IMG/VR virus record: IMGVR_UViG_2808606883_000001
Location: 3,917-67,916 of that record
Length of the DNA: 64,000 nucleotides
From: a virus
Taxonomy: Duplodnaviria > Caudoviricetes
Direction: 5' to 3' (one strand)
The notes beneath the pieces are model-generated. The model saw only the letters and a list, made by a program, of their open reading frames with translations. It did not search any database and was not told the origin of the DNA. Shown here in pieces: positions 8,574 through 16,502 of this stretch. Both the position numbers and the translations under genes were made by a program. The stretch's first letter is position 1. The number at the start of each line of letters is the position of its first letter.

Positions 8574-9805
8574 GCAGCAATCTCCATCCAAACATGCCGC
8601 CCAAGCCAGTGCTTGGCGACTTCGATTGATACGTCGTAGTGGTCGGCGAGAACTTGTAGGAGTTCTGCGGGCTCAGGTCCGGTCGTTTCGAACTCGACCA
8701 GTTCGCGTCGAATCCGCTCAGCCTCAGCAGCCGCTTGTTCTGCCGCAATGCGCTGTTGTTCGGCAAAGATGCGATCCGCTTCCGTTTGGGCGATTGCAGC
8801 CTGTTCGGCGGCGATTCGTTCGGCTTCGGCGCGGGCCGCTTGCTCTGCGGCTTCCGCAGCCTCGCGAGCCTTACGCTCCTGCTCTTCTTGGGCGGCGGTA
8901 ATGACAGCCTGCTGGCGCGCTAACTCTGCACGCTGCTCGGCCAGTAGCGCCTCTTCTGCCTCACGCTGTCGGCGCAATTCCGCTTCCGCTGCTTCGCGTT
9001 GGCGACGCAATTCAGCCTCGTGTGCTTCGCGTTCGGCTCGCAAACGGGTCTCTTCGGCCTCTCGTGCCGCGCGTTGTTCGGCTTCGATACGCTCGCGCTC
9101 GGCGCGGTCTTTGGCTTCCTGTTCAGCGCGCGCTGCAGCCGCTTGGCGGTCGCGTTCTTCCTGTTCGACCCGGAGCCGCGCAAGTTCTTCACGTTCTGCC
9201 GCGAGCCGAGCTTGTTCGGCTTCGTGTGCAACCTGTGCGGATAGCATATCATTCAGCTTCGACACAGTCATGAGGTGAACTGCCTTGGCTTCGTCTGCAA
9301 ACTCGCCGAACGATTCTTCGGCGATCTCAACCGCCTCCAGCCCCTCAATCGCCGCCGCAATGGTTGCCGACTGCTTGCCGACCAGCATGGCCGGAATCGC
9401 TTGGATCTCCGCGATGCGCTTTCGGATGCCGTCGACTCGCGCTTTCTCTGCCGCAGCTTTGGCGGCTTTCTCGCGCTCGACCTCTGCATCCCAAGCGTCC
9501 CGGAGATCTTGCAGGCGCGTTTCCTCCGGTTCGGCCAGGGCAACAAGGCGCTTCTCTTCGGCAATCACCGCTTTGGAGAACGCCGTCGCATCCTCGCGTG
9601 CAGCCTTGGCGGCCTTCTCAATGGCGACCCTAGTATTCTTCAGCGTCATCATCGCGCCATGGCATTGCTCGCGACCGTCCTTGTTCTTGACTTCCGTGAT
9701 CGTCGCCGACTTGGCGACCAGATCGCGAAGTTCCTGTTCGTACTTCGGCGCGCCCAGCGCAACAGCGGCGCGCTCGGGCAACGTCAGTTGCTTTTCTTCG
9801 CTCAC
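8570..9805 (-). CDS. Long coiled-coil phage protein
   Basis: A/E/R/Q-rich heptads over more than 200 aa, typical position upstream of recombination genes. Confidence 0.75.
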   Translation of the reverse strand: MSEEKQLTLPERAAVALGAPKYEQELRDLVAKSATITEVKNKDGREQCHGAMMTLKNTRVAIEKAAKAAREDATAFSKAVIAEEKRLVALAEPEETRLQDLRDAWDAEVEREKAAKAAAEKARVDGIRKRIAEIQAIPAMLVGKQSATIAAAIEGLEAVEIAEESFGEFADEAKAVHLMTVSKLNDMLSAQVAHEAEQARLAAEREELARLRVEQEERDRQAAAARAEQEAKDRAERERIEAEQRAAREAEETRLRAEREAHEAELRRQREAAEAELRRQREAEEALLAEQRAELARQQAVITAAQEEQERKAREAAEAAEQAARAEAERIAAEQAAIAQTEADRIFAEQQRIAAEQAAAEAERIRRELVEFETTGPEPAELLQVLADHYDVSIEVAKHWLGRHVWMEIAA

Positions 9806-9824
9806 GTTCTTCTCCTTCCCTTAA

Positions 9825-10184
9825 TCACATGTGATCGCTGCAATGACTAACCCCGCTATCCCCCGCCCCGCAATCCTTCCCGCACTGCGAGCATGACGTC
9901 GATGCGAAGCGCGGTTCGACGCTCATAACCCCCGCCTTCACCAGCGCCGTTTCCATCACAATCCGAACGCTCGACTGGATCGCTGGGATGCTTTCGAGCG
10001 CTATTTGAAGAGCGAGGGCCATGTCGGGAGCGCTTTCTATCAACGCCTCATTTGCATCCGCCTGCTCTATCCCGGCTCCAGACCAGACCTCGCAGATGAC
10101 CTGAAGTTGACCGTCAACGCGTACTCCGATCTGGCGGTGACCAATGCGCTCCCACGAACCGCTTGTAAATTTCAGCTCTCTCAC
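9825..10184 (-). CDS. Hypothetical protein with C-terminal CxxC motif
   Basis: GGAGG then GTG at 10184, overlapping the upstream stop. Confidence 0.6.
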   Translation of the reverse strand: MRELKFTSGSWERIGHRQIGVRVDGQLQVICEVWSGAGIEQADANEALIESAPDMALALQIALESIPAIQSSVRIVMETALVKAGVMSVEPRFASTSCSQCGKDCGAGDSGVSHCSDHM

Positions 10185-10372
10185 GCCACCTCCTTCGGCA
10201 TCAACTCCGGGCGGTAATGGCCGGAATAATCTGGAGACAGCAGCCACCGACTCCCCAGCGCGCGAATTGCTTGCAGGCGCTTGTTTTCGTTGATGGCGGC
10301 GAGGCGTTCGTCGGGGGCTAATGCGGTTTGGAAATCTTTCAGGTCTTGATTGCGTTGCGGCGTGCGGAACAT
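10181..10372 (-). CDS. Small hypothetical protein
   Basis: GGAGGA RBS before MFRTPQRN. Confidence 0.55.
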   Translation of the reverse strand: MFRTPQRNQDLKDFQTALAPDERLAAINENKRLQAIRALGSRWLLSPDYSGHYRPELMPKEVA

Positions 10373-10373
10373 G

Positions 10374-10478
10374 TCATCCTCCCAACAATTGTTTGATAAC
10401 CAGCGTCGCAAACGCAGCAACCAATCCCGCCGCCGACGCAACGAAGATGCTGGTGCGGGTAAGTTCGTCGTGGATCAT
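10374..10478 (-). CDS. Small membrane peptide (34 aa)
   Basis: MIHDELTRTSIFVASAAGLVAAFATLVIKQLLGG, with RBS. Confidence 0.45.
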   Translation of the reverse strand: MIHDELTRTSIFVASAAGLVAAFATLVIKQLLGG

Positions 10479-10486
10479 GATGGCTC

Positions 10487-10810
10487 CTATCGCCACACGC
10501 TGACTGTTGCGTTCGGATTTGCTGCGCACGCCTTGATGTATTCAACTAGCCATGGGATGAAGCCGTCGTAGCTTCCCCATCCGTTTTCGGGGTTGAATCG
10601 TTGGTAGTGGACTGGGCGCCGCAGCATATCCATCAGTCCATCGGTCAATGGAACCACGAGATCGCGAGCATGTTTGATGTCGATTTCCTCGGGTCGCCAC
10701 AGGTGTTTGTAAATCCCTGCGGCATTGGCCATCTTGTTCAGGTTGTGCGTGATGTTGGCCGAATAGACTTCGTTACCATCCGCATCATTAAGATAAACAT
10801 CAAGGCTCAT
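10487..10810 (-). CDS. Phage hypothetical protein
   Basis: NITHNLNKMA..AGIY..NPENGWGSY pattern common in phages. Confidence 0.75.
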   Translation of the reverse strand: MSLDVYLNDADGNEVYSANITHNLNKMANAAGIYKHLWRPEEIDIKHARDLVVPLTDGLMDMLRRPVHYQRFNPENGWGSYDGFIPWLVEYIKACAANPNATVSVWR

Positions 10811-11090
10811 CGCATCATCTCCACATACCCGATATCAGCCTCACGCCGAAGCTCGTCGTACTCCTCCCAGCTAGCTGCGCGCTCGGCCTCGGTCAGCGGC
10901 TTCTCCGGCTCGTCTCCCGATCCAGCAAGCAGCCAGTCATCGTGGAGCGAATCTTTGTCGACAAGTCTCATAATTTGTACTCCGAATTAGTCAGAGCTAC
11001 TTTTCACCGTCCCCACTGCGATCCGGTGCGCCGTGTCGCGAGCATGGCGCTGGCCGTCGAGAGTGGTTCGAATGGGTTTCGCCCTGATGG

Positions 11091-11219
11091 ATAGGAGCCG
11101 GGAGTTGAACCCGGAACTGCCGGCAATGTCTGGTTTTACGGTTTAGAGTTCTGGCGCCTCGCTTACCAACGATTTGCGGAACCATAGCCGCCTGCGTCTA
11201 CCAATTTCGCCACTCCTAT
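11091..11219 (-). ncRNA. tRNA-like element with greatly expanded anticodon/variable region
   Basis: Acceptor ATAGGAG/CTCCTAT, Leu-type D-arm TGGCGAAATTGGTAGACGC, T-arm CCGGG-TTCAACT-CCCGG; 129 nt; no CCA end. Confidence 0.7.
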
Positions 11220-11280
11220 CCATCAAGGCTTCGGGCATCCCACCCGAACAGGCACTCTTCAGCCGTGCTGGTTTCGATAT

Positions 11281-11529
11281 TCAATCAAATCGAATCGTCG
11301 CGCCCTTCATCCATCCAGAGCAGACGACACCCGTAACGAACTGGCCAGTCGGCCCGCGCGCTTCAAAGCCCGTCGAAAAGATGTCGTGCTTATCGCAGCC
11401 GAAGAATGAATATCCGGTGATGCTCACGTCTTTGAAGCCAGCACCCGCGAGTGCTTTACGTGCACCGGGTTCATCGGTGCATCCGGCTAAGGCGACTATC
11501 GCAAGGACCATCAATGCAAATCGTTTCAT
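11281..11529 (-). CDS. Small lipoprotein
   Basis: Signal peptide with lipobox LAGC. Confidence 0.8.
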   Translation of the reverse strand: MKRFALMVLAIVALAGCTDEPGARKALAGAGFKDVSITGYSFFGCDKHDIFSTGFEARGPTGQFVTGVVCSGWMKGATIRFD

Positions 11530-11678
11530 GCCGCCACCTCCTTGTAAGTCTCCATCGCATACTCCGGATAGCCAGAGATGGCGTAGCTGATCGCCTGTGC
11601 GATGCGGTCCATCAGCTTTCGGTCTTCGGCGTTGCGGGCGCGCTCATAGGCCCGGCGCAGCTTCCAAATTTCGATCAT
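11526..11678 (-). CDS. Small hypothetical protein
   Basis: MIEIWKLRRAYERAR..., coupled to the lipoprotein start. Confidence 0.55.
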   Translation of the reverse strand: MIEIWKLRRAYERARNAEDRKLMDRIAQAISYAISGYPEYAMETYKEVAA

Positions 11679-11894
11679 GATCTTCTCTATGCGCCCGCAC
11701 AGTTTTCGCGTCAATCACGCCTATTGGCGATTGATTCTTTGCGAGCAAAAAGTTTTCAGCACCACGGGATAGCCGACCACGGAATCTGTCGCACCGCTAT
11801 GCCATTGACGTATTCGGTGAAATGATCGTGCCAGTGGATCAGTAACGTGTGAGAGATGCGTGGGCGCGGATAGGTGAAATCTGCGTAGAGCACA

Positions 11895-12101
11895 TCAGGC
11901 CTCGTCTGCGTCGATCGCCTCGAGCATGTCAACATCGCTCTCGGTCATGCAGTGCGTGTCATCAGCGTCAATCAGCTCGACGCCGTCTCGTTTCAGAGAG
12001 ACGCCCTCGCGTGCAGCTTCGAGCGACGAGAATTCGCCTAGCCAGCGCTCACCTGCATACAAAGTGCCGCCTATATACGTGAAATCCTGATTCCAGTTCA
12101 T
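11895..12101 (-). CDS. Small acidic hypothetical protein
   Basis: GAGGA RBS before MNWNQDF. Confidence 0.6.
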   Translation of the reverse strand: MNWNQDFTYIGGTLYAGERWLGEFSSLEAAREGVSLKRDGVELIDADDTHCMTESDVDMLEAIDADEA

Positions 12102-12179
12102 TTTGTCATCCTCGCCGCGAGTGACCGCGATAGCGTTAGGGTTAGGCGGCTTCTTTCTCTTCTGATTCCGTCGATTCAA

Positions 12180-13180
12180 CCCAATGGCCGGTCATAAGAT
12201 TGGTTGGCTTGGTCTTGGCGATGACGCGGCCGGAAATCATCCAGCTCGAGATGCGCACTCGTAGCGCCGCGAATATGCCGAAGTCCTCACCGGCTTTGAT
12301 GCCCGAACCGGCGCACAACGAAAACTTAAATTTGGAGCCGCTAACGGCGGCAAGTCGAGCGATGGATAAGGGTCGCTAGGTCTCCACTTGGTAGACATTT
12401 AAGGGGACCGTCTTGAAGTGGGAAGCCATCCAGTCCCCGTAAGAACACTCATTGAATGCGCTTACGGGGCAGCTGCTTACGGCAGCCAGTCGAACGTACT
12501 TGTTTCTCGCCAGTTGAGCACTCAGTCGTCATCGAGTGGGCTCGGTACTGCTGCAATTCTTCTGGGTGAGTGCTGGCGCTATACAGCGACCTTCGGCTAA
12601 CCTACTGCGATGCGCCAGACACTTCGGCCACGGCGTCTTATACGGCTCAGATTCGCGAATACTCAGTCGCGTAGGGAGTTCAGCGACTCACTCAGAAGAA
12701 CTGCTTGCCCGCATCGGCACCGGCTACACCCTGCTATGCAGGCTCCGGCTACCGATGCGGTGAAACTACTGCTACCCTTCCCGGGTTGTTACTCAGCTCA
12801 TTGATTACCACGCCATCAATGATCCATTTCGGCGCCTTTCGGAAGCATTCCCGTCGATACGGTTCAGCCATTTCTGCTCTTCGTACTACTCTCATGTGGC
12901 AGGAGTCAGACATGTGTGCGCTCGGGCTTTCGCCGTGACACCTTTTATCGCTACGTTGTGGATCGAATGTCGTCAGGGCTGGCGGCTTGGCCGGTCGTGA
13001 CTCCGGCTACCCGTTTTAACTGTTGTAACCCCACCTGCGCTGCGCGGAGCCGAAGAACTTGGTAGTTAATCGGGATGGCTCCCATTCAATGCGCTAGGGT
13101 TGCAGGCCGGCTCCTGCTTGCGTTGCGTGTCTACTCTCCACGCCGCAAGTCGCCAGCACTGACTAACACTCGATTCCACG
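12180..13180 (-). ncRNA. Candidate long structured non-coding RNA in the early-left transcript (strand inferred from context)
   Basis: About 1 kb without a credible ORF; many inverted repeats (12435-12443/12461-12469; 12557-12571/12686-12700; 12709-12717/12752-12760; 12798-12805/12815-12822). Confidence 0.5.
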
Positions 13181-13181
13181 C

Positions 13182-13193
13182 TGTTAAAGAACA
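13182..13193 (-). promoter_or_regulatory. boxA-like antitermination site
   Basis: TGTTCTTTAACA, one mismatch from the boxA consensus TGCTCTTTAACA, oriented with the leftward operon. Confidence 0.55.
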
Positions 13194-13284
13194 TCCTCAG
13201 CTTCGAGGCGCGCCCGTTGGCGCTGGTACTGCGTGCTATTCGCAGTAGAGAATATCGATCTCGATACTCGCCACTGAAAACAAA

Positions 13285-13800
13285 TCAACCTTTTGCAAAT
13301 CTCCCGTGATACTTCTCGGCTCCGCTGCAATAGGCCTCGTGCGCTTCCTCTGGAGTTCTGTAATACCCGAGGAAAATATCCTTTCCATCCACTTTGATCA
13401 TCGCCTTCCAAAGGCGAGAAAATTTGTGGAACGTCACCCCTTTAAATCCGGAAGTATTGTTCTTGTTCTTCCCCCGATTTCTTTGGTTCTCTGCGTTTGT
13501 GCAGATCCTCAAATTCGACTTGCGGTTGTCGCTCCTGTTTCCATTGATATGGTCAACTACACGCTTATCCCCCGGCATCAACCGCATGACTTCACGATGC
13601 ATCAAGATTGTCTTTCTCTGTCCGTCAACCCGCTTCCTGCCCTGCATGTAGCCGCCGCTGTTGCAAAACCATGTGACGTCCATAACCAACGCCAAATCTT
13701 CCGCATCAAGCAATGCCACCTTTCCTTGAGAGGTGATGATGGCAGCTGCCGACTCAGCAGAAGCATCGTCACGGAGCTCAATTTCGGTGCTGGTGCTCAT
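13285..13800 (-). CDS. HNH homing endonuclease with C-terminal AP2 domain
   Basis: MHR..VVDHINGNRSDNRKSNLR (HNH) then NTSGFKGV..WKAMI..LGYY.TPEEAHEAY (AP2). Confidence 0.92.
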   Translation of the reverse strand: MSTSTEIELRDDASAESAAAIITSQGKVALLDAEDLALVMDVTWFCNSGGYMQGRKRVDGQRKTILMHREVMRLMPGDKRVVDHINGNRSDNRKSNLRICTNAENQRNRGKNKNNTSGFKGVTFHKFSRLWKAMIKVDGKDIFLGYYRTPEEAHEAYCSGAEKYHGRFAKG

Positions 13801-13820
13801 CTTGAACAGAAATTACCGAA

Positions 13821-14201
13821 TTACTGAATAATCAGTCTGCGGACGGCGCGGGCGCGCAACTCGTAGCCCTGGAGGAGGTTGCCCTGGTTGCCGTAGCCGA
13901 AGTGCTGGCACCACGCCCAGCCGGCATAGGCTGGGTCGGTGTCCGGCTCGTTCGACCAATATGCATCGCGTTCGAACTGATCGCGATGATTGGCCAGAAG
14001 CACCAGATGCTCGATACGAGTCGGCAGATCGCCACCGATGCTCTTTGCCCAACCCATCTGGACCTGCCAGGTCGCGTCGTCGTTGTCACCCGGAAGCAGA
14101 ATGACGTGATGCAGCTCGCCGGCCGTGTTGCTGATCCTTCCGATGTAGATCTCGCCTTCGTTGAGTTCAGGCAGTTCGACTTCTTGCTTCATTGCTTGCA
14201 T
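13821..14201 (-). CDS. DGR target protein 3 (remote, DUF1566-like)
   Basis: GGAGG RBS before ATG 14201; paralogue of target 2; C-terminal VR3. Confidence 0.92.
   Translation of the reverse strand: MQAMKQEVELPELNEGEIYIGRISNTAGELHHVILLPGDNDDATWQVQMGWAKSIGGDLPTRIEHLVLLANHRDQFERDAYWSNEPDTDPAYAGWAWCQHFGYGNQGNLLQGYELRARAVRRLIIQ
13836..13924 (-). repeat. Variable repeat VR3
   Basis: Colinear with TR; 13 mismatches, all at TR adenines. Confidence 0.97.
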
Positions 14202-14251
14202 TTCTTCTACCTCCAATGTGGTGTGATTGCCCGCAGGGCGGGCGCGGTTGG

Positions 14252-14458
14252 TCAGGCGCGCTTGAGAAGTGTGAAACGTTCGACGGGAACACGCCAACGC
14301 GCGGCGCACGATTGCACGACACCCATTGCGGTTTTCTTGTTTGCAAACGTTCTAGCGCGGTCGATGCTGCCAGATGCGCCAAAATCATCCCCATATCCTT
14401 CCAAGAAATAGCCCGACCCATCGCGAGCCGTATAGAAGATCAAAATTTCGGTTGCCAT
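14252..14458 (-). CDS. Small hypothetical protein
   Basis: AGGAG RBS before MATEILIF. Confidence 0.55.
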   Translation of the reverse strand: MATEILIFYTARDGSGYFLEGYGDDFGASGSIDRARTFANKKTAMGVVQSCAARWRVPVERFTLLKRA

Positions 14459-14487
14459 CGTCGTTCTCCTGTAGCGGGAGGGGTTAG

Positions 14488-14631
14488 TCAGCAACCGATG
14501 CCGATGATCTGGGCTGCGAGCAATCGAACCACCCTTGCGTGGCGCACATAGGCTGCGCCTTGACCGTTGCGTAACGCCGCATCTCGTGCAGCGCGAGAAT
14601 CGATCAACTGGCTAGAAAGATTGGCATTCAT
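14488..14631 (-). CDS. Small hypothetical protein
   Basis: AAGGAG RBS before MNANLSS. Confidence 0.55.
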   Translation of the reverse strand: MNANLSSQLIDSRAARDAALRNGQGAAYVRHARVVRLLAAQIIGIGC

Positions 14632-14657
14632 CGCTGCTCTCCTTCGGGTTGTGTTGG

Positions 14658-14807
14658 TCAGCAACCGACAAACATCGCCGGAACCTCTCCAATCCCACCG
14701 TTGCCCGGCATCTTCACGATCTCGCATGCGCAACTCCAATCCTGCTGCCATGACCAGAGACCGAAGGCGGTCATCCAGCGTCCGAAGAAGTCGTAGAGGT
14801 TGAACAT
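14658..14807 (-). CDS. Small hypothetical protein (49 aa)
   Basis: MFNLYDFFGRWMTAFGLWSWQQDWSCACEIVK..., AGGAG RBS; not in ORF track. Confidence 0.45.
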   Translation of the reverse strand: MFNLYDFFGRWMTAFGLWSWQQDWSCACEIVKMPGNGGIGEVPAMFVGC

Positions 14808-14820
14808 GGCTGACTCCTAC

Positions 14821-15015
14821 TTAAACCAACTCAAATCGTTGATGTTCGGGCAACGTTATTTCGATCGTCGTGCCGTGAAACGCTGCAACCTGACTGCGAA
14901 CGCCAAGCACTTCGCCAAACAACCCCTGATACGGACGAATCGACTTGACCTGGACTTCGCGGCCAAAGGCGCGGAGTACATCGCCAACCTTCACTTCGTG
15001 TCCGTACTTAGTCAT
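14821..15015 (-). CDS. First gene of the leftward early operon, hypothetical
   Basis: GGAG RBS before MTKYGHEV, directly downstream of pL. Confidence 0.55.
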   Translation of the reverse strand: MTKYGHEVKVGDVLRAFGREVQVKSIRPYQGLFGEVLGVRSQVAAFHGTTIEITLPEHQRFELV

Positions 15016-15052
15016 GGCTGGCTCCGTGGTGCGTTGTGTGCTGCGATGATTC

Positions 15053-15094
15053 ATTATTGCAAATGTACTTGCGAAGATCAAGTACTTTCCCACT
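15053..15094 (-). promoter_or_regulatory. pL promoter with two operators (OL)
   Basis: -35 TTGATC, 17 bp spacer, -10 AATAAT on minus strand; 14-bp pseudo-palindromes ATTGCAAATGTACT (15056-15069) and AGTACTTTCCCACT (15081-15094). Confidence 0.7.
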
Positions 15095-15136
15095 CAAAAT
15101 CTAAGGAAATTTTCTAGGTGGTATTACGGATGTGAA

Positions 15137-15159
15137 GACGCCCGCGCGAGGCGGGCGTC
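15137..15159. terminator. Hairpin ending the cI operon
   Basis: GACGCCCGC-GCGAG-GCGGGCGTC, perfect 9-bp stem; no clear U tract. Confidence 0.55.
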
Positions 15160-15182
15160 TAGCGAAATGATCCGACTAATTG

Positions 15183-15713
15183 TTAGCCGGGAAGGTGTCC
15201 TTCGTGCGCGCGGACATCTAGCACTGTCTTGTTGTCTGCCGCGAGATCGCATTCATAGGTCACGGGTGTATAGGCCCCGAATCCATTCTGGAATTCGGCT
15301 TTATCCCCAACGTATGTGATCGTGCCTGCCGCCTTGTCGGCCCAGCGGAAGCGACTGAACTTCAGTTCGAATGTGCCGTCCGTCCAGCGCACGCTATGCG
15401 CCGCCAGCCGCTCGACCTGATCCTTGCAATAGACACTGGCCGCCACAATGCCCTTGTCGCCGAGGCACTGGATATCGTCCTTCTTGCAGACGTCAGATTC
15501 CGGCTTTCCCGTCTTCGCGCTCGAGCCAGCAGCAGGTCTGCCGTTGGATGACAGACCGATAGCAAGATATCCCACAAACCCGAGGGCCAGGATCGCAGCA
15601 ATGGCTTGCCGCGCCTTGGTGGCTGGTTTCTTGACTGGTGCGCCACACTTCACGCAGGCGGTCGCCTTGTTGCTTATCTCCGTGCCGCATTCCCGGCACT
15701 TAATCAGAGCCAT
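15183..15713 (-). CDS. Zinc-ribbon plus transmembrane protein co-transcribed with cI
   Basis: CRECGTEISNKATACVKCG, one TM segment, Cys-containing exported domain. Confidence 0.8.
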   Translation of the reverse strand: MALIKCRECGTEISNKATACVKCGAPVKKPATKARQAIAAILALGFVGYLAIGLSSNGRPAAGSSAKTGKPESDVCKKDDIQCLGDKGIVAASVYCKDQVERLAAHSVRWTDGTFELKFSRFRWADKAAGTITYVGDKAEFQNGFGAYTPVTYECDLAADNKTVLDVRAHEGHLPG

Positions 15714-15725
15714 GGCTTTCCCCGA

Positions 15726-16502
15726 TCAGGATGGCGCCCATTCGTCTACATAGTGAGTGAAGGAGGCCATCGCTCCAATCACCTCGAGGCCATCCCTCTC
15801 GCTATGCAGCGTCGCGAAGTCGCTGTTGAGTGGGACGAGTTCGAACGTCATCTTGCCTCGTTCGTCTAGCCCCAGCTCTTTGTACTTGCGCACGACCGAG
15901 CTGCCGCCGCGGATCCGGCCCAGCACGATGTCGCCCGGTTTTGGGGCGCGAGCTGGATCAATCGTTACCACGACATGAAGCCGATCAAACTTAGGCTCCA
16001 TTGCGGCGTCATGGATCAGAACCGCGAACGCGGCCCCCGACATCGGCTGGTGAATCGTTACGGTGCCGATGGGTGCGCCGATAGTGTTGGGATCAGTCTG
16101 GGGAGTCATCTGAGCGGCCATCTCATACGACAAAACAGGGATCGTTCTAGGCAATGGTAGAACGTTTGCGCCAAATTGTACCGACGTTTCCCAGATCTTA
16201 AGACGACGCTGAGTAGGAATTTCCCTAAGGAGGGGCGTCTTCTCGCCTCTTATCGATGCATCGTCCGCACTTGTTTTGTGCTTGGGCGACTCGCGCATTT
16301 CCCCTTTGCCGCTTTGTAGCCAGGTTGCGCTTACCCCTCCCAACGCTCGGGCGAGCGCCAGGATGTGTTTTGATCCTTTGTTTCTTCCCCGTTCGATCTG
16401 CGCAACAGTCGATTGCGAAATGCCTGCAGCCTTGCCCAGCTCATCCTGAGACATTCCCAAGCTCTCGCGCGTCTCGCGGACTCTATCGCCGAAAGTTCTC
16501 AT
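15726..16502 (-). CDS. cI: CI-like repressor (XRE HTH plus degenerate S24 domain)
   Basis: N-terminal HTH (SQDELGKAAGISQSTVAQIERG), C-terminal S24-like fold (LVPLNSDF), divergent from cro. Confidence 0.92.
   Translation of the reverse strand: MRTFGDRVRETRESLGMSQDELGKAAGISQSTVAQIERGRNKGSKHILALARALGGVSATWLQSGKGEMRESPKHKTSADDASIRGEKTPLLREIPTQRRLKIWETSVQFGANVLPLPRTIPVLSYEMAAQMTPQTDPNTIGAPIGTVTIHQPMSGAAFAVLIHDAAMEPKFDRLHVVVTIDPARAPKPGDIVLGRIRGGSSVVRKYKELGLDERGKMTFELVPLNSDFATLHSERDGLEVIGAMASFTHYVDEWAPS

Noticed and set aside
11091-11219. Functional tRNA-His or tRNA-Leu call
   Set aside because: There is no canonical 7-nt anticodon loop, the body is 129 nt and there is no CCA; it is reported as tRNA-like only.
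13184-13411. 75-aa minus-strand ORF overlapping the HNH-AP2 3' end
   Set aside because: It is out of frame with a real gene, has no motif, and ends inside the boxA-like site.
5123-13924. TR/VR copies as CRISPR repeats or simple duplications
   Set aside because: They are dispersed, lie at gene 3' ends, have no spacers or cas genes, and differ only at TR adenines, which is diagnostic of a DGR.
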